Source: an uncultured Gammaproteobacteria bacterium (GTDB lineage Bacteria; Pseudomonadota; Gammaproteobacteria; JACCXJ01). From it: DNA of 64,000 bases. A program made the translations under genes and the position numbers. Location of the stretch: assembly GCA_963764725.1 (NCBI GenBank), contig CAVXTM010000011.1:320001-384000 (forward strand), read 5' to 3'. Below, piece by piece: positions 34,391-44,652 of the stretch; within the stretch, counting starts at the first letter, position 1, and each line of letters starts with the position of its first letter. Below the pieces are notes generated by a model. That model saw only the letters and a program-made list of their open reading frames with translations. It had not been told where the DNA came from and made no database searches.

Positions 34391-34467
34391 TGGTAGCGGG
34401 GGCAGGATTTGAACCTGCGACCTTCGGGTTATGAGCCCGACGAGCTGCCAGACTGCTCCACCCCGCA
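34391..34467 (-). tRNA. Initiator tRNA-Met (CAT), in the metY position
   Basis: 77-nt cloverleaf, anticodon arm TCGGG-CTCATAA-CCCGA with three G:C pairs, unpaired 1:72, encoded CCA. Confidence 0.96.
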
Positions 34468-34632
34468 ATGGTCGGACCCATAATGATAGGGTTCTGAGGC
34501 TCTTTTTTCAAGTGCATTCGGGCAATTTGAGCGGTCCGCCCGCGCCGCGAACCGGATAACGGTGGTTCGGACAGTTTCCAGGACGCTTTCGGCTTATAAT
34601 CGAATGCATACAGCAGCTAAGCGAGAAGCCTT

Positions 34633-36000
34633 GTGTACACGCGTCCCCCCGCCTTTGCAGGACAGTTTTATCCCAGCGATCCGATGGACCTCCGCCGGAT
34701 GATCGGCAGTTTTTTGGGGACAAAAGAGGCCGGCTCGCAAGTGCCGAAAGCCTTAATCGCACCCCATGCCGGTTACATTTATTCCGGAGCCGTCGCCGGA
34801 TCCGCGTATGCTTGTCTGGCGGATGCGCGCCCGCGTATTCGCCGGGTTGTTCTCTTGGGGCCGGGGCATCGGGTTTATGTCCCGGGCCTCGCGTTGCCAA
34901 GCGCCCAGCACTTCGCGACCCCCTTGGGGGAGGTCGAGCTCGACCCGGGCGCCACCCAGAAACTGGCAGTATTCCCGCAAGTTAGCGTGATGGATCATGC
35001 GCATGTCCTTGAGCATAGTATCGAGGTCCAGATCCCGTTCCTACAAACGGTCCTGGAGAAATTTACCATCGTGCCGCTGGTGGTGGGCGGCGCCGCGCCG
35101 GAGGATGTCGGCGCCGTCATTGAGGTGCTGTGGGAGGAGGCCGAGACTCTCATTGTCGTCAGCTCCGACCTCAGTCACTACCACGACTATGAGACGGCGC
35201 GGGAAATAGACCGGGAGACGGCCGCCGCGATCGTGAGGGGCACGGCCACCCTTCGCCCGGAGCAGGCGTGCGGGTGCGCGCCTATCAACGGCTTACTCCA
35301 TTTCGCGCGCACGCATGAGCTCCGCATCGCCGCGCTCGATATGCGCAATTCGGGCGATACGGCCGGCCCGAGGGATCGCGTCGTCGGCTATGGCGCTTTC
35401 GCGTTCTATTCGCCTAGCGAATCACCCCCCTTGCGCCCGGAAGACCGCCATCTCCTTCTGGACACCGCCTCTCGCTCTATCGCGCGAGGCTTCGAGCATG
35501 TCCCGGACGCGGCGATTGACAGCGCCGATTATCCGCAACGCCTGCGCGTCCACCGGGCCTCGTTCGTGACCTTAAGAACACACGGCCAATTGCGGGGGTG
35601 CATCGGTAGCCTGGAGCCTCATCGGCCCCTGGTCGTGGATGTTGCCGAGAATGCGCGCGCGGCGGCCTTCGGCGATCCGCGTTTCCAGCCCCTGATTCGC
35701 GAGGAGTGCGCAAGGCTTGCCATCCACATCTCGGTGTTGAATGCGCCGGTCCCGTTAAATTTCAAATCCGAAACGGAGCTCTTAGATCAACTCGCACCTG
35801 GTGCCGACGGCGTGCTCCTCCAGCAACAGGACCGGCGGGCGACGTTTTTGCCGGCGGTCTGGGAATCGCTACCGGACCGCGCGGAATTTCTGCGCGAATT
35901 AAAACGGAAAGCCGGAATTTCTCAAAATGCCGATCCCGAAACCCTTCAGGTCTGGCGCTATACGGTGGAATCCTTTTCAACCATGTACTACGCTTCCTGA
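34633..36000 (+). CDS. Fused AmmeMemoRadiSam proteins B (Memo-like) and A (AMMECR1-like)
   Basis: AGQFYP, PHAGYIYSG, EHSIEVQ, SSDLSHY; then FVTL..LRGCIG, DPRF, ATFLPAVW, LKRKAG. Confidence 0.87.
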   Translation: MYTRPPAFAGQFYPSDPMDLRRMIGSFLGTKEAGSQVPKALIAPHAGYIYSGAVAGSAYACLADARPRIRRVVLLGPGHRVYVPGLALPSAQHFATPLGEVELDPGATQKLAVFPQVSVMDHAHVLEHSIEVQIPFLQTVLEKFTIVPLVVGGAAPEDVGAVIEVLWEEAETLIVVSSDLSHYHDYETAREIDRETAAAIVRGTATLRPEQACGCAPINGLLHFARTHELRIAALDMRNSGDTAGPRDRVVGYGAFAFYSPSESPPLRPEDRHLLLDTASRSIARGFEHVPDAAIDSADYPQRLRVHRASFVTLRTHGQLRGCIGSLEPHRPLVVDVAENARAAAFGDPRFQPLIREECARLAIHISVLNAPVPLNFKSETELLDQLAPGADGVLLQQQDRRATFLPAVWESLPDRAEFLRELKRKAGISQNADPETLQVWRYTVESFSTMYYAS

Positions 36001-36047
36001 AATGCGTTTTCGCTTGATTCACCACAAGTGAAACCCTGACCCGCGTG

Positions 36048-37025
36048 CTAATAGAACCTGCGGTGCTCCCAGTCGAGTGAAGTCTTGACGATAAACTCCA
36101 GATTGTCATAGCGCGGGTGCCACCCCAAAACAGACCGGATCCGATCGGCGCCGGCCACTAGCGTCGGCGGATCGCCCGCGCGCCTGCGCTCTTCCCGCAC
36201 ATTGAGGCGCTGTCCGTGGATCTTCTCGATGGCGCGAATAACCTCCCGCACGCTATAGCCGTGCCCGTAACCGCAGTTTAGGACCACCGGCTCACCGCCA
36301 CGCTCAAGATAATCGAGCGCCCGCAGGTGGGCGTAAGCGAGGTCATCCACGTGGATGTAATCCCGGATGCCGGTTCCGTCCGGGGTCGGATAGTCGGTTC
36401 CAAAAATAGAGAGCGCGGCGCGCTTACCGAGCGCGACCTCGGCGGCGACTTTGATCAATAACGTCGCCTCGCGCGTCAACTGCCCGATGCGGCCCTCCGG
36501 ATCCGATCCCGCGACATTAAAATAGCGCAAGGTCACGTAGCGCGGCCGGGAGGCTGCCGCGACATCGCGCAGCATCCATTCACTCACGAGTTTCGACGTT
36601 CCGTAAGGATTAATCGGGCAGGTTGGGCTGTCTTCGTACGCCAGCGGTGTCGTGGGAATGCCATAGACTGCGGCGGTGGAGGAGAATACAAATTGCGTTA
36701 CACCCGCATGCGCGCAAGCCTCCAATAAGGCGCGTGTCTTACAGGTGTTGTTGCCGTAATATTTCAGGGGATCGCGGACCGATTCGGGCACGACGGTATG
36801 GGCGGCGAAATGCATGACGGTGTCGATGCCGTGTTCCCGGAGGATGCGATCCATTAGGCTGCGATCGCCAACATCGCCGGCGATAAAGGTCCCGTGCACA
36901 ACGGCCTTCTCGAACCCGGTAGACAGATTGTCCACGACGACAACCGTGCGGCCGCCCTCCCCGAGCTGGCGCACGACGTGACTGCCGATGTAACCAGCCC
37001 CCCCTGTCACCAGCACCGGTTTCAT
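36048..37025 (-). CDS. galE: UDP-glucose 4-epimerase
   Basis: VTGGAGYIGSH, PYGTSK, LRYFNVAG, DGTGIRDYIHV. Confidence 0.93.
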   Translation of the reverse strand: MKPVLVTGGAGYIGSHVVRQLGEGGRTVVVVDNLSTGFEKAVVHGTFIAGDVGDRSLMDRILREHGIDTVMHFAAHTVVPESVRDPLKYYGNNTCKTRALLEACAHAGVTQFVFSSTAAVYGIPTTPLAYEDSPTCPINPYGTSKLVSEWMLRDVAAASRPRYVTLRYFNVAGSDPEGRIGQLTREATLLIKVAAEVALGKRAALSIFGTDYPTPDGTGIRDYIHVDDLAYAHLRALDYLERGGEPVVLNCGYGHGYSVREVIRAIEKIHGQRLNVREERRRAGDPPTLVAGADRIRSVLGWHPRYDNLEFIVKTSLDWEHRRFY

Positions 37026-38023
37026 GGCTGCTTTGGAGAATCGGCGCCCTCAAGCCTGCGGCCGATGGCCCCAGACAACGGCACGTCCTTGAACGAGCGC
37101 GTATCCTCGACGAGCGCGCTCACTGGAATAAAACGCTGCCACGCGAACCAGCCGATCGCCGCGAGGGCGAGACAAAAGGTCAGCGTCATCGCCAGCACGG
37201 CGGCGCCCGGTTTGGCGACAAACTCGGTGTCCCGCGCCGCCCTGCGCACGTGTCTGGCTCTCACTTTGATCTCGCCCCCGGCATAGGCGGCGAGCAAGGA
37301 TTTATCGGCGAGAATATTGATCCTACGCAGCAGCCCCTTGGAATAGCGCGTAAGGCTTCGAATCGCACCGCGCGTGAAGATCCCCATTCCCTTGTAGCCA
37401 CTCGCGCGCAAACGGCTACTTAGATATTCCCGCACCTCGGCAATCGAAAACGGATGCAAATAGAAGCTGTAGGTGATGCGCTCTTTCAGTTGCCGGATGC
37501 GCGGATTTATTAAGGATTCATCCAGCTCTGGCTGTCCGAACAAAACGATCTGCAACAACTTCTCATCCTGTGTCTCCAAGTTGCTTAGCAGGCGGATCTC
37601 TTCCAGGGTTTCGAGCGGCATGCTCTGGGCTTCTTCAACAAACGCGACGATGCGCCGATTTTCCGCGTGTTTCCTTACCAAGTATTCTTGCAGTGCGTGC
37701 ATCACCTTGAGCCGCTCCTCGCCCCCCGCGACCGGCAGATGTAATTCAAACGCGATGGCGTGCAGGATGTTGTCCGGAGAGAGGCTGGGATTCGCTAAAT
37801 ACACGATCTCGGCGTTCTCGGGCAACTCACGCTCCAGCATGCGGCAGAGCATGGTCTTGCCGCTTCCCACCTCGCCAACGACCTTGACCATGCCTTCGCC
37901 AGTTGCGATCGCGTAGACCAAGGCTTCCAGGACCGCCCCGCGGTTGCCGCCCGGAAAGAACAAGCGCGTGTCGGGCGTGATCTTGAAGGGTGGCTGGCGC
38001 AAGCCGAAATAGGAGTAATACAT
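37022..38023 (-). CDS. ExeA/MshM-like AAA ATPase with a C-terminal TM segment
   Basis: MYYSYFGLRQPPFKITPD, GEVGSGKT, FVEEAQ, LFGQPEL. Confidence 0.85.
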   Translation of the reverse strand: MYYSYFGLRQPPFKITPDTRLFFPGGNRGAVLEALVYAIATGEGMVKVVGEVGSGKTMLCRMLERELPENAEIVYLANPSLSPDNILHAIAFELHLPVAGGEERLKVMHALQEYLVRKHAENRRIVAFVEEAQSMPLETLEEIRLLSNLETQDEKLLQIVLFGQPELDESLINPRIRQLKERITYSFYLHPFSIAEVREYLSSRLRASGYKGMGIFTRGAIRSLTRYSKGLLRRINILADKSLLAAYAGGEIKVRARHVRRAARDTEFVAKPGAAVLAMTLTFCLALAAIGWFAWQRFIPVSALVEDTRSFKDVPLSGAIGRRLEGADSPKQP

Positions 38024-38468
38024 TAGCGTTGCAGGTGATTGAACCGTTCGATCCTGCTATACAGGGTCGTACGGTTGATGTCCAGTAAACGCGCTGCGTG
38101 GCTCAGGTTTTTATGGCTGAGCTTGAGTGCCGCGTCGATGTAGCGCCGCTCCCAACATCCTTGATTTCATCGAGGCAAAATCCGGGCGTTCGCAGTTGCC
38201 GCCCGGCCGCAGTATCGAAGTCGGTCTGTCTCTTCCCCGGCGCCAGCGCCATATCGGCTTCGAGCTCTCCTGCTAGCGCCGCGGCCGAGATCTGCTTGCC
38301 CGGATATTTCGCACCGAGGCGAATAACGATATTGCGCAGTTCGCGCACTTTACCGGGGAAAGCATAAGACAGCAGCTCTTGCCTTGCCGCCTCATGTAAG
38401 ATCAACGCATCGTCATCGACCAGCAGAAGCGGGATCTTGGAAGGCCGTGTGGAAAGCTGCGCGGACAA
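38023..38468 (-). pseudogene. Relic of a sigma54-dependent (NtrC-like) response regulator
   Basis: Receiver start LLLVDDD joined to FPGKVRELRNIV; a frameshifted Fis-type HTH (WERRYIDAALKLSHKNLSHAARLLDINRTTLYSRI) ends on the exeA ATG. Confidence 0.8.
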
Positions 38469-38484
38469 GGGTAGCGATGGTCCG

Positions 38485-39363
38485 CTAGCCGCCTGAGAGC
38501 TTCACCGCGGGTCTTTCACGGCGCAACCCGAGGTTACCCCAAATCGCCTCGGACGCTTCGGCTTGATTCATGGTGTAAAAATGCAGCCCCGGCGCTCCCT
38601 TGTCCAAGAGCTGACGGCACAGATCGGTGGTCACATCGATGCCGAAATTGCGAATCGAGACGCGGTCATCCCCAAAATCCTTTAAGCGCCGCAAGATCCA
38701 ACGCGGGATCTCGGCGCCGCAGGCGTCCGAGAAACGCAGCAATTGCGTACAGTTGATGATCGGCATGACCCCGGGGACGATTGGGATCTGGACGCCGAGC
38801 GCTCCGCAGCTCTCCACGAACCGCCAGTAGGCATCGACGTTATAGAAGTATTGCGTGATCGCGCGGTCGGCCCCTGCCTCCGCCTTGCGCTTGAAGTTCC
38901 TGAGATCCATGTCCGCGCTCGGCGCCTGCGGGTGAAACTCGGGATAGGCGGCGACTTCCACGAAAAAATAGTCGCCGCTTTCCTCGCGGATGAACTCCAC
39001 CAACTCATTAGCGTAACGCAGCTCACCGTGGCCCGCAGCGCCCGAGGGCAGATCGCCGCGCAATGCCACGATATGTTTTATGCCGGCGCTCCTGTAGGTG
39101 CTTAAGATCTCACGCAGGCTGGCGATGGGACTCCCAATACACGATATATGCGGAGCGGCCGCGATCCCAGTCGCCGCGCGAATCTCTTGCACCGTTTCGA
39201 AGGTCAGCTCGCGGGTGCTGCCTCCCGCCCCGAAGGTAACCGAGAAATAATCCGGCTTGAGGCGCGCGAGCCGATCGCGGGTGACCTGAAGCTTGCCGAT
39301 CGCCTCTGGAGTCCGTGGCGGGAAAAACTCGAAGCTGAAGCTATGATTAGTTGAAGTTCCCAT
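38485..39363 (-). CDS. metF: 5,10-methylenetetrahydrofolate reductase
   Basis: SFEFFPP, SVTFGAGGS, ALRGD, AITQYF, LHFYTMN. Confidence 0.96.
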   Translation of the reverse strand: MGTSTNHSFSFEFFPPRTPEAIGKLQVTRDRLARLKPDYFSVTFGAGGSTRELTFETVQEIRAATGIAAAPHISCIGSPIASLREILSTYRSAGIKHIVALRGDLPSGAAGHGELRYANELVEFIREESGDYFFVEVAAYPEFHPQAPSADMDLRNFKRKAEAGADRAITQYFYNVDAYWRFVESCGALGVQIPIVPGVMPIINCTQLLRFSDACGAEIPRWILRRLKDFGDDRVSIRNFGIDVTTDLCRQLLDKGAPGLHFYTMNQAEASEAIWGNLGLRRERPAVKLSGG

Positions 39364-39430
39364 GGCGCTTGTTGACCACCGCCGTGCATTTTAATCGCCC
39401 GCGGGGCAGCGATCACTGCCACAGCGGGCA

Positions 39431-40747
39431 TTAATAGCGATAATATACTGGTTTGTAAGGCCCTTCGATCGAGACACCGATATACTCCGCTTGCTCTTGG
39501 GTGAGCACCGTGAGATCCGCACCGACTTTGGCCAGGTGCAGGCGCGCCACCTTTTCATCAAGATGCTGGGGCAGTGTATAGACGCGGTTCTGGTAGTTTT
39601 TAAAGTTGTTCCACAGCTCAATCTGCGCCAGCACTTGGTTGCTAAACGACGCTGACATGACGAAGCTCGGATGCCCCGCGGCGCAACCCAGATTGACCAA
39701 GCGGCCCTCGGCCAGAAGGATGATGCGCTTGCCGTCTGGAAACAGGATCTGGTCCACCTGGGGTTTGACGTTGTCCCAACGGTATTGACGCAAAGAGGCG
39801 ACGTCGATCTCAGAGTCGAAATGGCCGATATTGCACACGATGGTCTGGTCTTTCATGGACCGCATGTGGTCGTGGGTGATCACCCGGACATTGCCCGTGG
39901 CGGTGACGAAGATGTCCCCGCGCGCCGCGACCTCGTTCATGCGCACCACCCGATACCCCTCCATCGCCGCTTGCAGTGCGCAGATGGGATCAATTTCTGC
40001 TATCCAGACGGTCGCACCAAGACCCTTCAATGCCTGAGCGCAGCCTTTTCCGACATCTCCATAGCCAATTACCACGGCGATCTTGCCGGCGATCATCACT
40101 CCCGTGGCCCGCTTTAAACCATCCATCAAGGATTCCCGGCAACCGTAGAGGTTATCGAACTTGGATTTCGTGACCGAATCATTGACATTAAACGCTGGCA
40201 CCTTCAGCGCGCCGGTCTGTGCCATTTCATACAAGCGCCGCACACCGGTCGTGGTCTCTTCCGACACACCGCGCACCTCTTGCAGCATCTCCGGATAACG
40301 CTCATGCATCACCTGCGTCAGATCTCCGCCATCGTCGAGCAGCATATTCGGGCGCCAACTGCCCGGGCCGAAAATACTCCGATCGATACACCACCAGAAC
40401 TCCTGTTCCGTCTCCCCTTTCCACGCGAAGACAGCAATACCCGCGGCCGCCACCGCTGCCGCGGCATGATCTTGGGTCGAGAAGATGTTACAGGATGACC
40501 ACCGCACCTCGGCGCCCAACTGGATCAAGGTCTCGATTAACACCGCCGTCTGCACGGTCATGTGCAGACAGCCCGCGATGCGGGCCCCCGCCAACGGGTT
40601 TTTACCCTTGTATTCTTCCCGCAAGGCCATCAGGCCAGGCATTTCCCCTTCGGCCATGTTGATCTCCTTGCGCCCCCATTCGGCAAGCTTGAGATCCGCC
40701 ACCTTGTAATCGGGTGTGATCTTTTCCATCGGTTGCGTGTTCATCAA
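39431..40747 (-). CDS. ahcY: Adenosylhomocysteinase
   Basis: [35 protein letters not shown]. Confidence 0.98.
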   Translation of the reverse strand: MMNTQPMEKITPDYKVADLKLAEWGRKEINMAEGEMPGLMALREEYKGKNPLAGARIAGCLHMTVQTAVLIETLIQLGAEVRWSSCNIFSTQDHAAAAVAAAGIAVFAWKGETEQEFWWCIDRSIFGPGSWRPNMLLDDGGDLTQVMHERYPEMLQEVRGVSEETTTGVRRLYEMAQTGALKVPAFNVNDSVTKSKFDNLYGCRESLMDGLKRATGVMIAGKIAVVIGYGDVGKGCAQALKGLGATVWIAEIDPICALQAAMEGYRVVRMNEVAARGDIFVTATGNVRVITHDHMRSMKDQTIVCNIGHFDSEIDVASLRQYRWDNVKPQVDQILFPDGKRIILLAEGRLVNLGCAAGHPSFVMSASFSNQVLAQIELWNNFKNYQNRVYTLPQHLDEKVARLHLAKVGADLTVLTQEQAEYIGVSIEGPYKPVYYRY

Positions 40748-40770
40748 TCGACTCCTGTAAGGGTAGAAAA

Positions 40771-41970
40771 CTAACTCGCCCGGACCAGAGGCTCGCGCGG
40801 CGTCGATTCGGCTATCCCGAGGCTGTCGCGCAAGGCATCAACCTTATCGGTGCGCTCCCAGGTAAGATCGAACTCGGTGCGGCCGAAATGCCCATACGCA
40901 GCGGTCTGCCGGTATATCGGGCGCAAGAGCTTCAACATATTGATGATCCCTTTTGGCCGGAGATCGAAATTCTTGCGCACCGCTCCAATTAACCTCGACT
41001 CGTCCACGTTGCCCGTACCAAAGGTATCGATGCTGATCGACGTCGGCTCCGCCACGCCGATGGCATAGGATAGTTGGATCTCACAGCGATCGGCGAGGCC
41101 CGCGGCCACGATGTTTTTCGCCACGTAACGCGCCGCGTAGGCGGCCGAGCGGTCTACTTTGGAAGGGTCCTTGCCAGAAAACGCGCCGCCGCCGTGGCGC
41201 GCCATGCCGCCATAGGTATCGACGATGATCTTGCGCCCGGTCAGCCCACAGTCACCCATAGGCCCGCCGATCACGAAGCGGCCGGTCGGGTTGACATAGA
41301 ATCGGGTCGTAGGGCTTATCCATTCCTTCGGCAGCACCGGAAGCACGATCTCATCCATGACGGCCTGTTTGAGGACCTCATGGCTTATCTCGGGGCTATG
41401 CTGGGTCGAGAGGACCACGGCGTCGATGCCGCAGGGACGGCCATTCGCGTAGCGAAACGTCACCTGGCTCTTGGCATCCGGGCGCAACCAGAGCAGGCGG
41501 CCCGTCTTGCGGACTTCAGCTTGCCGCCGGACTAGGCGGTGGGCGTAGGTGATGGGCGCCGGCATGAGCACGTCGGTTTCGTTGCAGGCATATCCGAACA
41601 TCAACCCCTGGTCGCCCGCGCCTTGTTCGTGCTCGCCGCTTTCGTTGACGCCGAGGGCGATATCCGCTGATTGTTGTCCTATGGAGACGATTACACCGCA
41701 GGACTCCCAATCGAACCCCATCTCCGAGCTATCGTACCCGATATCTCGGATAACCTGCCGGGCGACGTTGCGGATATCCACGTACGAAGAGGTGGATATT
41801 TCGCCCGCTACGGTCACCAAGCCGGTAGTGACCAGCGTTTCGCACGCCACGCGCGCGCCCGGTTCCTGCCCGATGATCGCATCGAGCACCGCATCGGAGA
41901 TCTGATCACAGATCTTGTCGGGGTGACCCTCGGAGACTGATTCGGAAGTAAACAAGCGGGTATTGTCCAT
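40771..41970 (-). CDS. metK: S-adenosylmethionine synthetase
   Basis: [35 protein letters not shown]. Confidence 0.98.
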   Translation of the reverse strand: MDNTRLFTSESVSEGHPDKICDQISDAVLDAIIGQEPGARVACETLVTTGLVTVAGEISTSSYVDIRNVARQVIRDIGYDSSEMGFDWESCGVIVSIGQQSADIALGVNESGEHEQGAGDQGLMFGYACNETDVLMPAPITYAHRLVRRQAEVRKTGRLLWLRPDAKSQVTFRYANGRPCGIDAVVLSTQHSPEISHEVLKQAVMDEIVLPVLPKEWISPTTRFYVNPTGRFVIGGPMGDCGLTGRKIIVDTYGGMARHGGGAFSGKDPSKVDRSAAYAARYVAKNIVAAGLADRCEIQLSYAIGVAEPTSISIDTFGTGNVDESRLIGAVRKNFDLRPKGIINMLKLLRPIYRQTAAYGHFGRTEFDLTWERTDKVDALRDSLGIAESTPREPLVRAS

Positions 41971-42135
41971 GATATCTTCTCGTGGGAATTTTAAGTATTG
42001 CAAAAAGCGAATCAGTTTACTTTATAAATCGAGGATTAACAGCTAACATCCGCGCCTGTGGGACGCCCCTCGGGGAATGACAGTAGCCATTCTTTACGTT
42101 GGCCGCGCGAACCCATCCGCTCGCAAGGCAGGATT

Positions 42136-42151
42136 TATGACATATGTCATA
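42136..42151. promoter_or_regulatory. Perfect 16-bp palindrome, candidate operator
   Basis: TATGACATATGTCATA in the divergent metK/gap intergenic region. Confidence 0.35.
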
Positions 42152-42181
42152 TGTTATGTATAGTTCGAGGCATAACGTAGC

Positions 42182-42390
42182 ATGGCACTCCTGAGCACAA
42201 CGATCTCGGCATTCGACACGCCGGCCGTCCATTTTGCCCTGCTTGGAATCGACGGCAAGACCTGGACCTTGCAACAATGCAAGGGCGGCAAGGGCGCTTA
42301 GTGATGTTTACTTGCAACCATTGTCCCTGCGTTCAAGCCGTCCAAGAGCGCATGGTACGCGATACCCGGGAGCTTTGGACTACGAGATAA
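42182..42390 (+). pseudogene. Frameshifted, truncated thioredoxin/peroxiredoxin-like gene
   Basis: MALLSTTISAFDTPAVHFALLGIDGKTWTLQQCKGGKG, then in a shifted frame LVMFTCNHCPCVQAVQERMVRDTREL. Confidence 0.72.
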
Positions 42391-42420
42391 GAAGCGTGGC
42401 TTAATCAATCGGAGAGATCG

Positions 42421-43431
42421 ATGGCAATTAAGGTTGGAATCAATGGCTACGGCCGTATCGGCCGCAATATTCTGCGCGCCCTCTATGAGTCGCGGCGGAC
42501 TCACGAGATCCAAATCCTCGCGATCAATGACCTCGGTGATGTCGCGACCAACGCGCATTTAACCCGCTACGATAGCGTCCACGGGCGCTTTCCGGGTCAG
42601 ATCACGGCCACGGACCAGTCGATGGTGGTCAACGGCGATCCTATCCGCATTCTCGCCGAGCGCGATCCCGCCAAACTCCCCTGGACCCGGCTCGGCGTCG
42701 ATGTAGTCCTCGAATGCACCGGACTTTTTACCAGTAAGGCCAAGGCCGACGCCCACCTCCAAGCAGGCGCCAAGAAGGTCATCATCTCGGCTCCGGCTAG
42801 CGAGGTCAACGCTACGATTGTCTATGGCGTGAATCATCAGACGCTCAAAGGGAGCGACACGGTGATCTCCAATGCGTCTTGCACGACCAACTGCCTAGCG
42901 CCCTTGGTGAAGCCCCTGCATGAGCGCATCGGCATTCTGCGCGGCGTCATGACCACGATCCATTCTTTCACCAATGATCAGGTATTGATCGACGTCTATC
43001 ATAGCGATCTGCGCCGGGCTCGGTCTGCGACGCAGTCGATGATCCCGACCAAGACCGGCGCGGCCGCGGCCGTCGGCTTGGTGCTTCCCGAGTTGAACGG
43101 AAAACTGGACGGTTACGCCGTGCGCGTCCCCACGCTCAACGTATCGTTGGTGGACCTGAGCTTTGTCGCCGCGCGCGAGACCAGCAAGGAGGAGATCAAT
43201 GCGGTATTGAGAGAGGCCGCCCAAGGCGAGCTCAGGGGACTTGTGGAGTATAACGACAAGCCGCTGGTCTCGGTCGATTTCAATCACAACCCCGCCTCGT
43301 CCATTTACGATGCGACCCAGACCCGTGTCATCGAAGGTACACTGGTCAAAGTCTTGTCCTGGTACGATAACGAATGGGGCTTTTCCAACCGCATGTTGGA
43401 CGTCACGATCGCCTTGATGAACGCCAAGTAA
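42421..43431 (+). CDS. gap: Type I glyceraldehyde-3-phosphate dehydrogenase
   Basis: [28 protein letters not shown]. Confidence 0.97.
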   Translation: MAIKVGINGYGRIGRNILRALYESRRTHEIQILAINDLGDVATNAHLTRYDSVHGRFPGQITATDQSMVVNGDPIRILAERDPAKLPWTRLGVDVVLECTGLFTSKAKADAHLQAGAKKVIISAPASEVNATIVYGVNHQTLKGSDTVISNASCTTNCLAPLVKPLHERIGILRGVMTTIHSFTNDQVLIDVYHSDLRRARSATQSMIPTKTGAAAAVGLVLPELNGKLDGYAVRVPTLNVSLVDLSFVAARETSKEEINAVLREAAQGELRGLVEYNDKPLVSVDFNHNPASSIYDATQTRVIEGTLVKVLSWYDNEWGFSNRMLDVTIALMNAK

Positions 43432-43446
43432 GGGCCGATTCCGTCC

Positions 43447-44652
43447 ATGATGTCGATGTCCGATCTGAGCCTTGCCGGGAAACGGGTGTTGATCCGGGAA
43501 GATTTCAACGTACCGATCCAAGCGGGCCGGATCCTCGATGACACACGCTTGCGGGCAGCGCTCCCTACCATTAGCAAGGCGTTGTCGGCGGGCGCCCGGG
43601 TAATGCTCGTCTCGCATCTCGGCCGCCCGAAAGAAGGCCAGTACGACGCGGCGCTGAGCTTGGCACCGGTCGCGGCGCGCTTATCCGAGTTGCTGCATCG
43701 TGACATCGCGCTGGTTAACGATTGGATCGACGGAGTCAAGGTCGAACCCGGCCAAGCGGCTCTATGCGAAAACGTGCGCTTTGAGATCGGCGAGAAAAAT
43801 GACGACGACGCCTTGGCCAGAAAGATAGCGGTGCTTTGCGATGTGTACGTGAATGATGCCTTTGCCACCGCCCATCGTGCCGAGGCGTCGACCCACGGGA
43901 TCGCCAAGTATGCTCCCCAGGTCTGCGCCGGGCCGTTGCTCGAGGCCGAGATCAATGCCTTGAGCCAAGCCTTGAAACAACCGGTACGCCCCCTGATGGC
44001 GATTGTGGGCGGGTCGAAGATTTCGACCAAGCTCGCGGTGCTCGAATCGCTGGTCGAGACCGTGGATCAGCTCATTGTCGGGGGCGGGATCCTCAACACG
44101 TGCCTTCTCGCCGCGGGCCATGCCGTCGGTCAGTCTCTCGTTGAAATTCCCTTAGTCGAGGTGGCCTCGCGGCTACTCGGGCGGGCAGCCGCACGCGGCG
44201 CGGCTATCCCCTTGGCCGAGGACGTGGTCTGCGCCCGGGAGTTTTCCGAAACCGCGACGGCCACGATAAAGAATATTTCCGACGTCGCAGCCGGCGATCT
44301 CATCCTGGATGTCGGTCCCCGCACTGCAGGGCGCTACACCGCGTTGCTTGGACAGGCTCAAACGATCGTCTGGAACGGCCCGCTCGGGGTCTTTGAATTT
44401 GACCAGTTCGGCCAGGGGACGCGGGCGGTCGCGATGGCGATAGCCGCGAGCCAAGCCTATTCCCTCGCCGGAGGCGGCGAGACGCTCGCGGCCATCGCGA
44501 AGTACGGGATCGGCGAGCGGCTGTCCTATATATCCACCGGCGGTGGGGCGTTCCTGGAGTTTCTCGAGGGAAAAACCCTACCTGCTGTCGCCATCCTGCA
44601 GGAGCGCGCCCGCTCCCATCCCGATTACGTGCATCCGAGCGAGGGTTATTAA
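43447..44652 (+). CDS. pgk: Phosphoglycerate kinase
   Basis: [29 protein letters not shown]. Confidence 0.97.
   Translation: MMSMSDLSLAGKRVLIREDFNVPIQAGRILDDTRLRAALPTISKALSAGARVMLVSHLGRPKEGQYDAALSLAPVAARLSELLHRDIALVNDWIDGVKVEPGQAALCENVRFEIGEKNDDDALARKIAVLCDVYVNDAFATAHRAEASTHGIAKYAPQVCAGPLLEAEINALSQALKQPVRPLMAIVGGSKISTKLAVLESLVETVDQLIVGGGILNTCLLAAGHAVGQSLVEIPLVEVASRLLGRAAARGAAIPLAEDVVCAREFSETATATIKNISDVAAGDLILDVGPRTAGRYTALLGQAQTIVWNGPLGVFEFDQFGQGTRAVAMAIAASQAYSLAGGGETLAAIAKYGIGERLSYISTGGGAFLEFLEGKTLPAVAILQERARSHPDYVHPSEGY

Noticed and set aside
34391-34467. U1:U72 instead of C1:A72 in the initiator tRNA
   Set aside because: Still an unpaired 1:72 position, which is the relevant determinant
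41971-42180. SAM or SAH riboswitch upstream of metK-ahcY-metF
   Set aside because: No recognisable consensus by eye; an Infernal search is needed to exclude it fully
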